Shown in pieces: positions 18,831 through 27,877 of a DNA stretch of 64,000 nucleotides. Numbering within the stretch: position 1 is the first letter of the stretch; each line of letters starts with the position of its first letter. This DNA comes from a virus: the IMG/VR virus record IMGVR_UViG_3300042402_007915, positions 1-64,000 of that record. One strand, 5' to 3'. Both the position numbers and the translations under genes were made by a program. The notes beneath the pieces were generated by a model. The model saw only the letters and a list, made by a program, of their open reading frames with translations, did no database searches and was not told the DNA's origin.

Positions 18831-21800
18831 TCAATCCGGGACGTACTCAGTCCATTCGCCGAAACTTGGCTGGTCGTCTTCCGACTCCTCAGCACTAGGA
18901 CCATCCAAATAGGTGTCCTTCAAGTCTTCGGCGAAGCCCATGATGCTGATCCAGGAGGAGTAAATCCCCTGTTCAACCAAGCGGGCAAAGAACTCAGTAT
19001 ACATCTCATCCACCGCTTCCGGTTTCAGGAATGCGCGTTTACGGTTACAGGGCACCATTCCGGCGATACTGTTCCGATACGCATCCTTAGCCCGGAGCTC
19101 CCATCTACGTTGGGTCATTGCAAAATGGAGTGACTTGTCATCACGCAATTTCTTCTGCAATGCGGCAGTCAGCGAAACCAACTTGCCAGTAGACGGGAAA
19201 GCAGGAGCATTCGCGCTGCGGATACGAGCGACAGCAGCCTTTTTCAAGACAGCCATGCACTCTTCGCACTCGTGAAGAGGCTTATGCTTGGTCCGGAAAT
19301 GTTCCACCTGGATCCCAGGCACCTCCCCTTCTTGCGTCGGGTAGGCGTAAGCCGTGTCGAAGGCGAGCTCTGCAACCAAGGCACAGAGTTTAATCTCGTT
19401 CTTCCCACGGAGAGGAGTCAGCTTATGCTTCGAGACAAAGTAGCTAACATATCCGTCAGCATCCTCCGCCGTCAGCAGGCAAGACTCCTTGGTCTTGGTG
19501 GAAATGATATCCAGAAAGGTTGACCCCTCAAAGCACAGGGCGTCGAGAGCCCTGCTGTCTGCTTTGGTGAGCCAGTTCAAGCCGCCGTCTTTCTTGACGT
19601 TCAACTCGGACTGGGGGGTGCCCAAGGGTTTGTCCCCAACCTTCTGGAGCTCGACATAAATACCCGCCTCATTATTCCCACGCCGGTAGGCGATACACGA
19701 GAACAAGCTTTCGCGTGCCCAAGTGATCCAGGGAGCCAGGGCGTCTTTAGCCTGCTCTTCCCGCATTTCAGCCGAGAACTGCTCGTAAGCAAAGTCCATC
19801 GCCAATTTGCGAGCACTACTGGACTCTTGCGAGTCCGAGTTGTGGCCTTCCCCTTCACGGGTTTCCCCGTTCGAGTCGGACAAAGACATAGCCTCATAGA
19901 TGTTCTGATCGAGCCGAGCCAGCGGGTGGAGCGGGACTTTCGTCTTCTCCATCCACTTACCCATGGCATCGAAATCAATACACCGGCTATTCTGCAGGCG
20001 CCAGACAACGCGTTGATCGCGCCAAGCCGCCAAATGAGAACCCTCAGCAGGGTTTTTCCAAGAGTCCCCCTCCCCTTGGATAGTCCGGAAGATCTTATCT
20101 ACCACCCAGAAGAGCGGCAGCCGCTTCTCACCATAGTTCACCATCGGAGGGGTCGCCCCGCTCTGTTCGGCTTTCTGGTGGAGAGCACGGAGGATCCGGT
20201 AGGGAAGCCCTGCGCAAGGCTTAGCCGGGCGGTTAAACCCAAGCTCCTCACGCCGCTTTTCCCAAATTTGACACGCTTTGGTGTAAGCGATGTCAGAGAG
20301 ATTCGCTTGGTACCTCAACGACCCGAAGGCGTTGGGATCAATCCGCTTCCGGAGACGCTCACCCATTGCTGAGTTATTGCGCCGCCATCCGAGGACACCA
20401 AAGAACGCACTCATACCAACCGCCTCCTTAAACTTATCCTGGAAGTAAATCAGGACTTCGTCGGAGGAAATCAGCCGGCATTTTTGCGACAAGGTGAGCG
20501 AATCGAAGGTCTCGGCCGCTTCTCCAGGTATCAGCTTGAGGACAGCCTTATCCTGGTCGAGGAAGTTCTCAGATGAGATACCATTCCCCTTGAGCGAGCC
20601 AAACTTGAACGCCTTCCCGTTGGAGTCAAGGTCGTAGTGGCAGTAGATGTGACCATCTGCCATTTTCTTCCAGGCCCGAAGGTTAGAAACCTTCGGAGCG
20701 TTCGTCCAGCGCACGATCCGCTTGGCGCGGTCAATGCTTTCCTGAATGAACGTACCCCATGCGGGAATCCATCCTTTAGCTGCGTCAACGATATATTTCA
20801 CTCGTTCCGCGAGACCAAGGAACCCATCACCATCCTGCCAAGTAGCAGGGTTGGATTTCTGCTCAGACCAATAGAGGCTTTTAACCCTCCTAAAGGCAGC
20901 ATGCCACTTGCCCATTCCCTCAGGATCTTCCTTGAGGTACTCGATTTTATCGAGCCGAGCCCAGTACCGCAGATCAACGAGGCGCGCCTGATTAATGGCG
21001 TACGCACGAGCCTGCAGAATAGTGGCTTGCCCCACAGGACCCATAGGATCCTTGAGCAGGTAACCGTAAAACGCCTCTTGATCCTCGAAAGGAATCGACA
21101 TCTTTTCGCCAGCCGGTTCGATCCGGAAGGTAGGCTGCCAGATCCGACGGTTTGCAAGGAGTTTCACATCCTCGTCCGTGGTCCAAGCAGCAATGTCGCC
21201 GTCGTCGTCACCCTGGAGATCGGTTACATCATCCGGGTTCATGAAGACAGCAAAAGGAACGACAATCCGGTCGACTACCTCACCGTCAGCGTTTGCCACA
21301 CTCAGCGTCATGTGGGGGAGGGGATCCACCACCTTAAGCGTCATGAGCGACTGAGGGAGAATAGCAGGAAAGCGCCAAAGAACCGTTTCATCGCCTACAG
21401 CGGGAAGCTTCTGGTTAACACCGCCGATCACGCACTCACCCTTGTTCAGGGAGTTGTCCATGACCATGACGACCTGGTTCCCTTCGAAACCGGTGCCATT
21501 GGCAATGTTATACAGTCGCCGCTTGAGCTTATCCTCTGCCATCTGACGAAGGACAGGGATGTCAAGCAAGCTGTAGTCGAGTCCAAGCTCTTTAGCAACC
21601 CGAACCATGGTGATCTGGTTGTTGAGGGTGGTGTTGCCGCCACTATCCTCAGAGATCAAACCATCGACACCATCCTTGAGCAGCTTATCCATGGCCTTTT
21701 GGACCAAGCGTTCGACTGCCGCGGTAGTGTCGTTATCGACCTTGACGAGCTGCAATAGCTCAAAGCATGACTTGATCGTGCTTGCGCGTGACCAAGTCTT

Positions 21801-23000
21801 GAGAATGCCCAAATGAGCCTTAACAACCATTTCAGCGTCCACCTCATCCTGCGCTTTCGCCCAGTCTTTGGCAGTACCCTTAATCTGGTTCCAAGCAACC
21901 CGGACAGTGGGGTTACCGGCTGCATCGACACAAGTTTCATCGGGAACCAACAAGCCTTTAAGGAACATGTTCCTGTGCTCGGGGTTACCGGTGACTTCTT
22001 CGAGGCAGAGGCCACGAATTTGGATAACGGGAGCGATCATCCCACCCTGGTATGCGACCCCGCGTTCTTGGATGAACGCTTGAAGGAATTCGCAGTTCGG
22101 GTGGTACTTACCACTACCGTCAACCAAAGCCCGGATCTTCTTACCCTCGCGGTCGTTCACCCAAATATTACTAAGGGTTACTGGTACCTCGGGGAAGAAA
22201 CCACCGGGCAAAAGCGGGGACTTGAATGAACCAACGTAGGAACCCACGTTGATCGCATCACCGAAGACACGCTCCAGCAACGCAAAGGCAAAATGTTTGC
22301 CACCATTCTTACCCAAAGTGTTGAAGGCGGTCCGCCCTTCGAGCACACCCATATCATTCTGTCGGAAGACAGGATAGAGCAGCTCTCCAGGGGGCCTCCC
22401 CAGATTCTCCGTTGATTCGACCGGCAGGAAGAAATCCCCGTCGATATCAAGGAGCCCGTTGTGCCGCAAGACACAATCGAGCAAGCCTGGGGCCCGAAGG
22501 ACCTCCAAAGTTTGCACGCAAGGGAGGATTTTCTCCCGAGCAATGCTAGTCATTGCCGTAAAGTGGTAGGGGCTCTCAAAGCGATCCCCTTCCCGGCAAT
22601 GAGCATAAGCCTCAGCAGCATCCTCCAAGATGCCGTTCGACTTGAAGAAGCTGAGTGCAGTCTTGGACTGACCAGCAGCTGCAGCCATCCGGCCGGAGGA
22701 CTTGCGTTCCACCCGACCATAGGTCTGCATAATCTTGGTGCGGCGATAGAGCGCCGAGTTAGCCATCATGGCCGCGTACGTCGAGCGCCGCGCATCCAAT
22801 TTGGCCTTCAGCTTCTTAGCCGCAACCAGCAAAATCTGATCGACCTCGTCGGCCGTATCAGCGGGGATTGGAGTCCCCTTAATCAGCGCACGGAGAATCC
22901 CCGGCGCAAAACGACGGAGCACCTTTTCCAGGCGCCCGTTCGCTGCCAGAAGGGGCGGCACCACGACGGTGCGCCTCTCCTGGACTTCTGTTGCTTCCAT
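18831..23000 (-). CDS. single-subunit two-barrel RNA polymerase (YonO / QDE-1 RdRP-like)
   Basis: Motifs in order DGSG, IQIRG...KGLL, WRFP, DLQGDDDGD, VGQ, IDRAK, matching the cellular RdRP/YonO fold; AAGGAG RBS before ATG 23000 (alternative start 23054). Confidence 0.85.
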   Translation of the reverse strand: MEATEVQERRTVVVPPLLAANGRLEKVLRRFAPGILRALIKGTPIPADTADEVDQILLVAAKKLKAKLDARRSTYAAMMANSALYRRTKIMQTYGRVERKSSGRMAAAAGQSKTALSFFKSNGILEDAAEAYAHCREGDRFESPYHFTAMTSIAREKILPCVQTLEVLRAPGLLDCVLRHNGLLDIDGDFFLPVESTENLGRPPGELLYPVFRQNDMGVLEGRTAFNTLGKNGGKHFAFALLERVFGDAINVGSYVGSFKSPLLPGGFFPEVPVTLSNIWVNDREGKKIRALVDGSGKYHPNCEFLQAFIQERGVAYQGGMIAPVIQIRGLCLEEVTGNPEHRNMFLKGLLVPDETCVDAAGNPTVRVAWNQIKGTAKDWAKAQDEVDAEMVVKAHLGILKTWSRASTIKSCFELLQLVKVDNDTTAAVERLVQKAMDKLLKDGVDGLISEDSGGNTTLNNQITMVRVAKELGLDYSLLDIPVLRQMAEDKLKRRLYNIANGTGFEGNQVVMVMDNSLNKGECVIGGVNQKLPAVGDETVLWRFPAILPQSLMTLKVVDPLPHMTLSVANADGEVVDRIVVPFAVFMNPDDVTDLQGDDDGDIAAWTTDEDVKLLANRRIWQPTFRIEPAGEKMSIPFEDQEAFYGYLLKDPMGPVGQATILQARAYAINQARLVDLRYWARLDKIEYLKEDPEGMGKWHAAFRRVKSLYWSEQKSNPATWQDGDGFLGLAERVKYIVDAAKGWIPAWGTFIQESIDRAKRIVRWTNAPKVSNLRAWKKMADGHIYCHYDLDSNGKAFKFGSLKGNGISSENFLDQDKAVLKLIPGEAAETFDSLTLSQKCRLISSDEVLIYFQDKFKEAVGMSAFFGVLGWRRNNSAMGERLRKRIDPNAFGSLRYQANLSDIAYTKACQIWEKRREELGFNRPAKPCAGLPYRILRALHQKAEQSGATPPMVNYGEKRLPLFWVVDKIFRTIQGEGDSWKNPAEGSHLAAWRDQRVVWRLQNSRCIDFDAMGKWMEKTKVPLHPLARLDQNIYEAMSLSDSNGETREGEGHNSDSQESSSARKLAMDFAYEQFSAEMREEQAKDALAPWITWARESLFSCIAYRRGNNEAGIYVELQKVGDKPLGTPQSELNVKKDGGLNWLTKADSRALDALCFEGSTFLDIISTKTKESCLLTAEDADGYVSYFVSKHKLTPLRGKNEIKLCALVAELAFDTAYAYPTQEGEVPGIQVEHFRTKHKPLHECEECMAVLKKAAVARIRSANAPAFPSTGKLVSLTAALQKKLRDDKSLHFAMTQRRWELRAKDAYRNSIAGMVPCNRKRAFLKPEAVDEMYTEFFARLVEQGIYSSWISIMGFAEDLKDTYLDGPSAEESEDDQPSFGEWTEYVPD

Positions 23001-23069
23001 GTGACTCCTTTGTCTGGGAAGCGAAGGGTTGGGGAATATCGACGTTATTGTCATACCCCGCGTGACTCG

Positions 23070-23090
23070 GAACCCACCCCCCGAAGGGGG
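23070..23090 (-). promoter_or_regulatory. GAA-triloop hairpin element upstream of the polymerase gene
   Basis: GAAC CCAC CCCCC GAA GGGGG. Confidence 0.6.
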
Positions 23091-23168
23091 GTTGGGAACA
23101 CGAATCCATAAAAAAGAAAAAGAAAAAAGAAGGCTGGAAATGTTCCAGCCCCCTTTTGAGTCAGTTAG

Positions 23169-23924
23169 CTACCAAGTAAACTTGGAGCCAAGAGCAGGAC
23201 GCACCTCAGTGAGGTACCGCTCACGAAGAGCCGCCAAGATTTCCTCGTCTTTCTCGAGGTAAACCGCAGGTCCTTCGCCCATAACATAGACCTCAACATA
23301 AGGACAGAACTTCTTGTCCGGCGTCCCTTGACGAGCAAACGTCCGGAACACAAGCCTGTTCATCATGATGAGGCCCAAAGCAAACACCCAGCGTTCGGCT
23401 GAATTCTGGCGGCCAGTATAACGCATAAAGCGTTGGCCATCCTTGTTCATCCAAAGCTGAATGTTCAGAATCTCTCCGTGGTACACAAACTGGGTCTTAA
23501 CGAACCCAACAGTGTCCTGGAGAAGAAATTGGCTCAAAGCATTACGCCAGATGGCAATAAGCTTGGCCATTTCGCCAAACGGAGCCTTGCGAGACTCAGA
23601 CTTGGCATAGGCGATAAACGCACTAGCCCACATCTGGTACTCGTTAGCAGTGCCCCGAGCGGCAGTGAGTCCCCGAAGCTGAGCTTCGGATTGAGCGGCG
23701 TCAAGAAGCGCTTTGTTAGCAACTTCCGAAGCCGAGTTAACTTGGTCAATCAGGGCGACTCGCTCACGAGCGACATGCTCGAGGCAGCCCTTAATCTGCG
23801 GCTTGGTTTGCCGCATGAACGTGCCGAGGGGAACCTCAGCACCAAGTACCGGCAGAGTCTTGCCGGAATAGTTGGGCTTTGCAAGCCCGTTGGAACCCAC
23901 AGTGGGCTCCTTGCTCTTGGTCAT
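23169..23924 (-). CDS. hypothetical protein adjacent to the polymerase
   Basis: 251 aa, AAGGAG RBS. Confidence 0.75.
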   Translation of the reverse strand: MTKSKEPTVGSNGLAKPNYSGKTLPVLGAEVPLGTFMRQTKPQIKGCLEHVARERVALIDQVNSASEVANKALLDAAQSEAQLRGLTAARGTANEYQMWASAFIAYAKSESRKAPFGEMAKLIAIWRNALSQFLLQDTVGFVKTQFVYHGEILNIQLWMNKDGQRFMRYTGRQNSAERWVFALGLIMMNRLVFRTFARQGTPDKKFCPYVEVYVMGEGPAVYLEKDEEILAALRERYLTEVRPALGSKFTW

Positions 23925-24082
23925 AATACTCCTTCGACCTAAGAGTGATATGGGGTAGAGTCAAACGGCCGATTCCGTCATACCCAATCCCACAAAGAAG
24001 ATAAAGAAATAAAAAGTAAAAGAAATAAAAGGGCCCGAAGGCCCTCCTGTTTTGTTAACCCAGACAGGAAACTGGGCCCCTG

Positions 24083-24211
24083 TCAGCTGGCGAACTGGAC
24101 CAGAGCGGTCCAGAACCAGCCCGACAGGGGAATCCACGGGGCCTTGATGGCCCCGTGGAAAACCACGAGACCAGCAAGGACGACCGTGGCGCCCTCGAGA
24201 TAGTTCTTCAT
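24083..24211 (-). CDS. small membrane peptide
   Basis: AGGAGG RBS, 42 aa, hydrophobic. Confidence 0.6.
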   Translation of the reverse strand: MKNYLEGATVVLAGLVVFHGAIKAPWIPLSGWFWTALVQFAS

Positions 24212-24354
24212 AGTCCCTCCTAAGGACATTGAAGAGTTGTAATTTATCGTACCACTGGATTGTGATACGAAACCCATAGAAACAAAAAGGGGCCCGTTAG
24301 GGCCCCTAGCTAGTATTTACCACGCGCCCTAGCTAGGCGCAGAATACGACGTGC

Positions 24355-24579
24355 CTAGAACGGCATCTCGTCGTATTCTTTCCCCTCTTCGGGAGCGGAA
24401 AGGGCGGGGACATAGCCCGCCCAAGGATCCGGGCGGCGCTCGGCCGCCAGGAGGTGAAAGAGAACGAGCTTCTCCTGGGCCAAAGCCCAGGAGAGGTCGC
24501 TGTGAGTGCGGCAGGTGTGGCATTCACCACACCCGACCGCACAGCCGCGGAAACGGTTGTCAATAACTTGCACCTTCAT
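24355..24579 (-). CDS. small Cys-rich protein with SSB-like tail
   Basis: AAGGAGG RBS; CAVGCGECHTC; ends YDEMPF. Confidence 0.7.
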   Translation of the reverse strand: MKVQVIDNRFRGCAVGCGECHTCRTHSDLSWALAQEKLVLFHLLAAERRPDPWAGYVPALSAPEEGKEYDEMPF

Positions 24580-24610
24580 AGTTCCTCCTTAGGAACTAGG
24601 GCTTAATTGC

Positions 24611-24692
24611 CCATGAGAAAGAAAAAGGCCGCCCTTCCTAAGAGGGCGGCCTGTGACCATGCTTTTTTGTTAACTCGGAAAGCCAACCGAGC
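24611..24692. repeat. ~85-bp double-hairpin intergenic repeat, copy 1
   Basis: Similar copies at 25182-25261 and 27878-27958. Confidence 0.75.
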
Positions 24693-24697
24693 GAGAC

Positions 24698-25090
24698 TCA
24701 GAGAGTCTCGATCTCCTCCTCCCGGAGACGATACATCTCCGCGACGCGCCGCCGGGCCGTCTCCCAGTTTTTATCTTCTGCGCAAATCTCGGCCGTGCGA
24801 CCTTGATATGAGAACCTAAACCAGTAAAACCTGTAGATGGTGGGCCAGCCGGGCCCGCTGACCCATCTCACCGGGTCGCAGTCACCGCCCGCCTCGGAGA
24901 AGCCGTCGAGGTCGTCGGGGTCATCGCACATATCATGGTTAAGAAAGACGTCTTCGTCGTCCCCATGACAGTCCTTGGCGGCGGGGGCGGCGGTGGTGAT
25001 CATGCCGAGGTAGGCCTCGAGCTCGACCCAGCCGTCGCCGCCGAGGTCGAAGTCGAAGTCGAAGCGGTTGCCGCGGTTGGTGCTGGACAT
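24698..25090 (-). CDS. acidic hypothetical protein
   Basis: GGAGG RBS before MSSTNRG; Asp-rich. Confidence 0.65.
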   Translation of the reverse strand: MSSTNRGNRFDFDFDLGGDGWVELEAYLGMITTAAPAAKDCHGDDEDVFLNHDMCDDPDDLDGFSEAGGDCDPVRWVSGPGWPTIYRFYWFRFSYQGRTAEICAEDKNWETARRRVAEMYRLREEEIETL

Positions 25091-25181
25091 GTTGTCCTCC
25101 ATGGTACAATACCTAATACCTCATAAGCCCATCATACTAAATTGTATGACTGCCTCCTTTTGGCTTCAATAGATACGAGTA

Positions 25182-25261
25182 CCATAGAAAGAAAAAGGTC
25201 GCCCCTCCTAAGGGGGCGACCTATGACCATGCGTTTTTGACGCCCGGAACGCTAACCGGGG
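25182..25261. repeat. double-hairpin intergenic repeat, copy 2
   Basis: CCATAGAAAGAAAAAGG-stem-TCCTAAG-stem-GACCATGC. Confidence 0.75.
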
Positions 25262-25265
25262 GCCA

Positions 25266-25625
25266 CTACTTGGTAGTGGCCAGGGCAACCCAGGAGGGCG
25301 TGCCGATCGTCAGGGCGGTGAGGCCCAGGACGCCGGCGAAGGTCGCCGGCACCAAAGCCGTGAGGCCCAGCAAAGACACCGCCGCCACAAGGACGGCGGC
25401 AGCGGCCATACGGGGGGCGATGAACTTCCGCACCGCTCGCGCGGTGCGGGCCACGGGGCGCCGAGGGGCGCGAATGACGCGACCCTCGGCAAGAGGCGAG
25501 ATGGAGGCCGCGACCCAAGCCGCCTCCATCGGGTTCGGGGCCGGGAGGGAGGCCGCCGCCTCAACGGCGACCTCCAGGGCGACGGGGAACTCCGCCGCAA
25601 CAAAAGACATCTGGATATGGTTCAT
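25266..25625 (-). CDS. membrane protein
   Basis: GGAGG RBS; two C-terminal TM segments. Confidence 0.7.
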   Translation of the reverse strand: MNHIQMSFVAAEFPVALEVAVEAAASLPAPNPMEAAWVAASISPLAEGRVIRAPRRPVARTARAVRKFIAPRMAAAAVLVAAVSLLGLTALVPATFAGVLGLTALTIGTPSWVALATTK

Positions 25626-26350
25626 ACGAACCTCCAGCGGGTATTTCTACCCGAATAGTTGGGGAATCGCTCCCCCGGGGCCATAACACGCTCTGGCAGG
25701 CGCCAACCTCTTAATTATACTCCCAGAGATTGGTGTAGGAGTTTGGTGTCAAGGCTTCTAAGTACCTTGACGGGATAACCTCAGTTATCCACTTGGTCTG
25801 TCGGGAGTTTAGTGTCCGTGTGTGGTTTGACCAGTAACACACACAGACATCGGTTGCGTGAGCATAGGCTGCTCCTTTCGGGCCTGTAGGAGAGTGGGTT
25901 AGTTTTAAGTGCGGCCACTATTCCTCCCCTAAGAGAATAGCTTTCACACTAATGGGTTAAGCCCATTACTCTGTCCCTCTAGGTCTCTTTAGACTCTATA
26001 CCTTGAGGGGATAAGAAGAGGCGCGGCTATTACGTAAGCCGCTCCTGGGATGATCCAGGACGCAATCCTTTTCACTCCACTGTGAGTGTTGGACCCAATT
26101 CCTATCTCTAGGTATTGGATTGGATTGATTCCCGCCAGACACGAACGCCGGCCATTAGTCCTGGCCCCGAAGGGCTTAGGATGCTTTGAGTCAATTGCTC
26201 ATAGAAATAAAAAGGATGAAAGAAAAAGGACCGCGTCTTTCGACACGGTCCTATTCCAAACTACAAGCGAGCCTAAACTCCCTTGCAGTTGTCCTCTACA
26301 CGGCTGTTAATCCCGGTAGAGCGCCCGATGAGCGGGTCTTTAGCCCCCCC

Positions 26351-27004
26351 TTACTTCAGGGGGAGCTTTTGGGTGAGGGGGCGGGGCGGCAGGGGCCGGG
26401 GGGCCGGGGTGGGGCGCGCCTCGAGGGCGCGCCCGTAGGCCTTGCCCTTCTGGTACTGGGCCTGGGCGATCGCGGCCCGCAGGCCTTCCTGCGTGGCCTT
26501 GTACTCCCAGCCCGGCATCAGCCGGGCGGCGGCCCGCAGCAGGGTGACCTGGCGGTCGGTGACCGAGATCTTGGCCGCCGTCCAGGCGGCGAGGGCCGCC
26601 TCGGCCTTGGCCAGCGAGGCGGTGTCGGAGGCCGCCTTCTCCCGGGCCTCCTTCTGCTTGAGGGCCTCCTCGGCAAGAGCCTGGAGGCCCTCGCCGCTCG
26701 CCGCCGCCTTGGCCAGCTTCCGGTTGCGCTCGGCCTCCTGGGCGAGCGCCTTGGAGGCGGCGCGGGCCGCCTCCGTCTCGGCCAGGAGGGCCTGGACGGC
26801 GACGCCCTCCTCCATCCCCTCGCTCAAGAGGAGGAGGGCCTTGGCCTCCTCCTCCTCCTTGCGGGAGAGCGGGGCGGCCTTGGCCGCCTCCGCCGCCTTC
26901 TGGGAGGCGACCTTGGCGGCCTCCTCGGCCTTGGCCGCCAAGGCGGCCTTGAGGGCGGTCAGGGCGGCGGTGGCGGCGGGGGCGACAGTGCTGTTGGTGG
27001 ACAT
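26351..27004 (-). CDS. Ala/Glu/Lys-rich coiled-coil protein
   Basis: GGAGAG RBS, ATG 27004; very GC-rich codons. Confidence 0.75.
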   Translation of the reverse strand: MSTNSTVAPAATAALTALKAALAAKAEEAAKVASQKAAEAAKAAPLSRKEEEEAKALLLLSEGMEEGVAVQALLAETEAARAASKALAQEAERNRKLAKAAASGEGLQALAEEALKQKEAREKAASDTASLAKAEAALAAWTAAKISVTDRQVTLLRAAARLMPGWEYKATQEGLRAAIAQAQYQKGKAYGRALEARPTPAPRPLPPRPLTQKLPLK

Positions 27005-27392
27005 GGTTGTCTCTCCAGGTCTTGTGCCTACACCCTCAAGCTCTATATTGTACGACATGTACAAGTGAGCTCTATTGGTATGCAGGCCTTAAGACCATAG
27101 AAATAAAAAGGGGCATGCCCTAGTGCGTCAAATAGTTCTCCGGTCAAACGACTAAGCTAAATAGAATGAAAAAAAAGGATCGCGCCCAAGCTTTGTTAGA
27201 GCTGTTCTGGGGAGAACTCGCTAGTCAGTTGTGTTTACCTTGAGGGATAAACTTAGCTGGCGTCATTGAGATCGACCCCAAAGCTCACATTAAGCTTGGG
27301 CAATCTGCTCGGTCGGTAAGACCATAAAAGAAAAAGGGCCCGATGAGCGGGTCCCTACCTTTGTTTAACGTCTTTAGGTTAGACGTCCCGGG

Positions 27393-27614
27393 CTAGAACG
27401 GCAGGCCGCCGTTGTTCGCCCGGGAACCGGGCCCCCACTCGGTGAGCAGGCGCTGGGCCTGCTCATTTGTGGGGGAGGGACGGCCGAGATCATCCCAGAT
27501 CTCGACCGTCCCATAGCGGGCGTGGGCCTCCTCGGCCATCTGCAGGCCGAGGAGGATATCCTCCCGCAAAAGCTTTGCGGGAATACGCCGAGGAGGCTTA
27601 GGACTCTTCAGCAT
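27393..27614 (-). CDS. hypothetical protein
   Basis: GGGAG RBS, ATG 27614; ends GGLPF. Confidence 0.6.
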   Translation of the reverse strand: MLKSPKPPRRIPAKLLREDILLGLQMAEEAHARYGTVEIWDDLGRPSPTNEQAQRLLTEWGPGSRANNGGLPF

Positions 27615-27722
27615 GGCTGAATCTCCCAATCCTTGCATATCTGCTTTCACCATTAGCAGATAGGGGCTTAATTGCCCATAGAAGAAAAAAGAGGGGCGCG
27701 CCACTACGACACGCCCCTCTAG

Positions 27723-27869
27723 CTACCCTGGCCCAAGAGGAAGGGGCAGCTGCTCCGCCTTCCTCTTCTTGCCTCTGGGCTTTTTCCACCCAGAGACAAC
27801 GGGAGCCAGTGGTTCTGTCACCACTGGCTTCTCGTAGCCAGGGAGCCTTGGCTGTTTATCTTCAGCCAT
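27723..27869 (-). CDS. 48-aa peptide ending KKAEQLPLPLGPG
   Basis: GGAGG RBS; bounded by repeat/terminator modules; absent from the ORF track. Confidence 0.6.
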   Translation of the reverse strand: MAEDKQPRLPGYEKPVVTEPLAPVVSGWKKPRGKKRKAEQLPLPLGPG

Positions 27870-27877
27870 GCTCACCT

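Noticed and set aside
11528-27264. CCTTGAG boxes as sigma54 promoters or restriction sites
   Set aside because: GG-N10-GC spacing is not kept, and the variable spacer and intergenic placement argue against a restriction site
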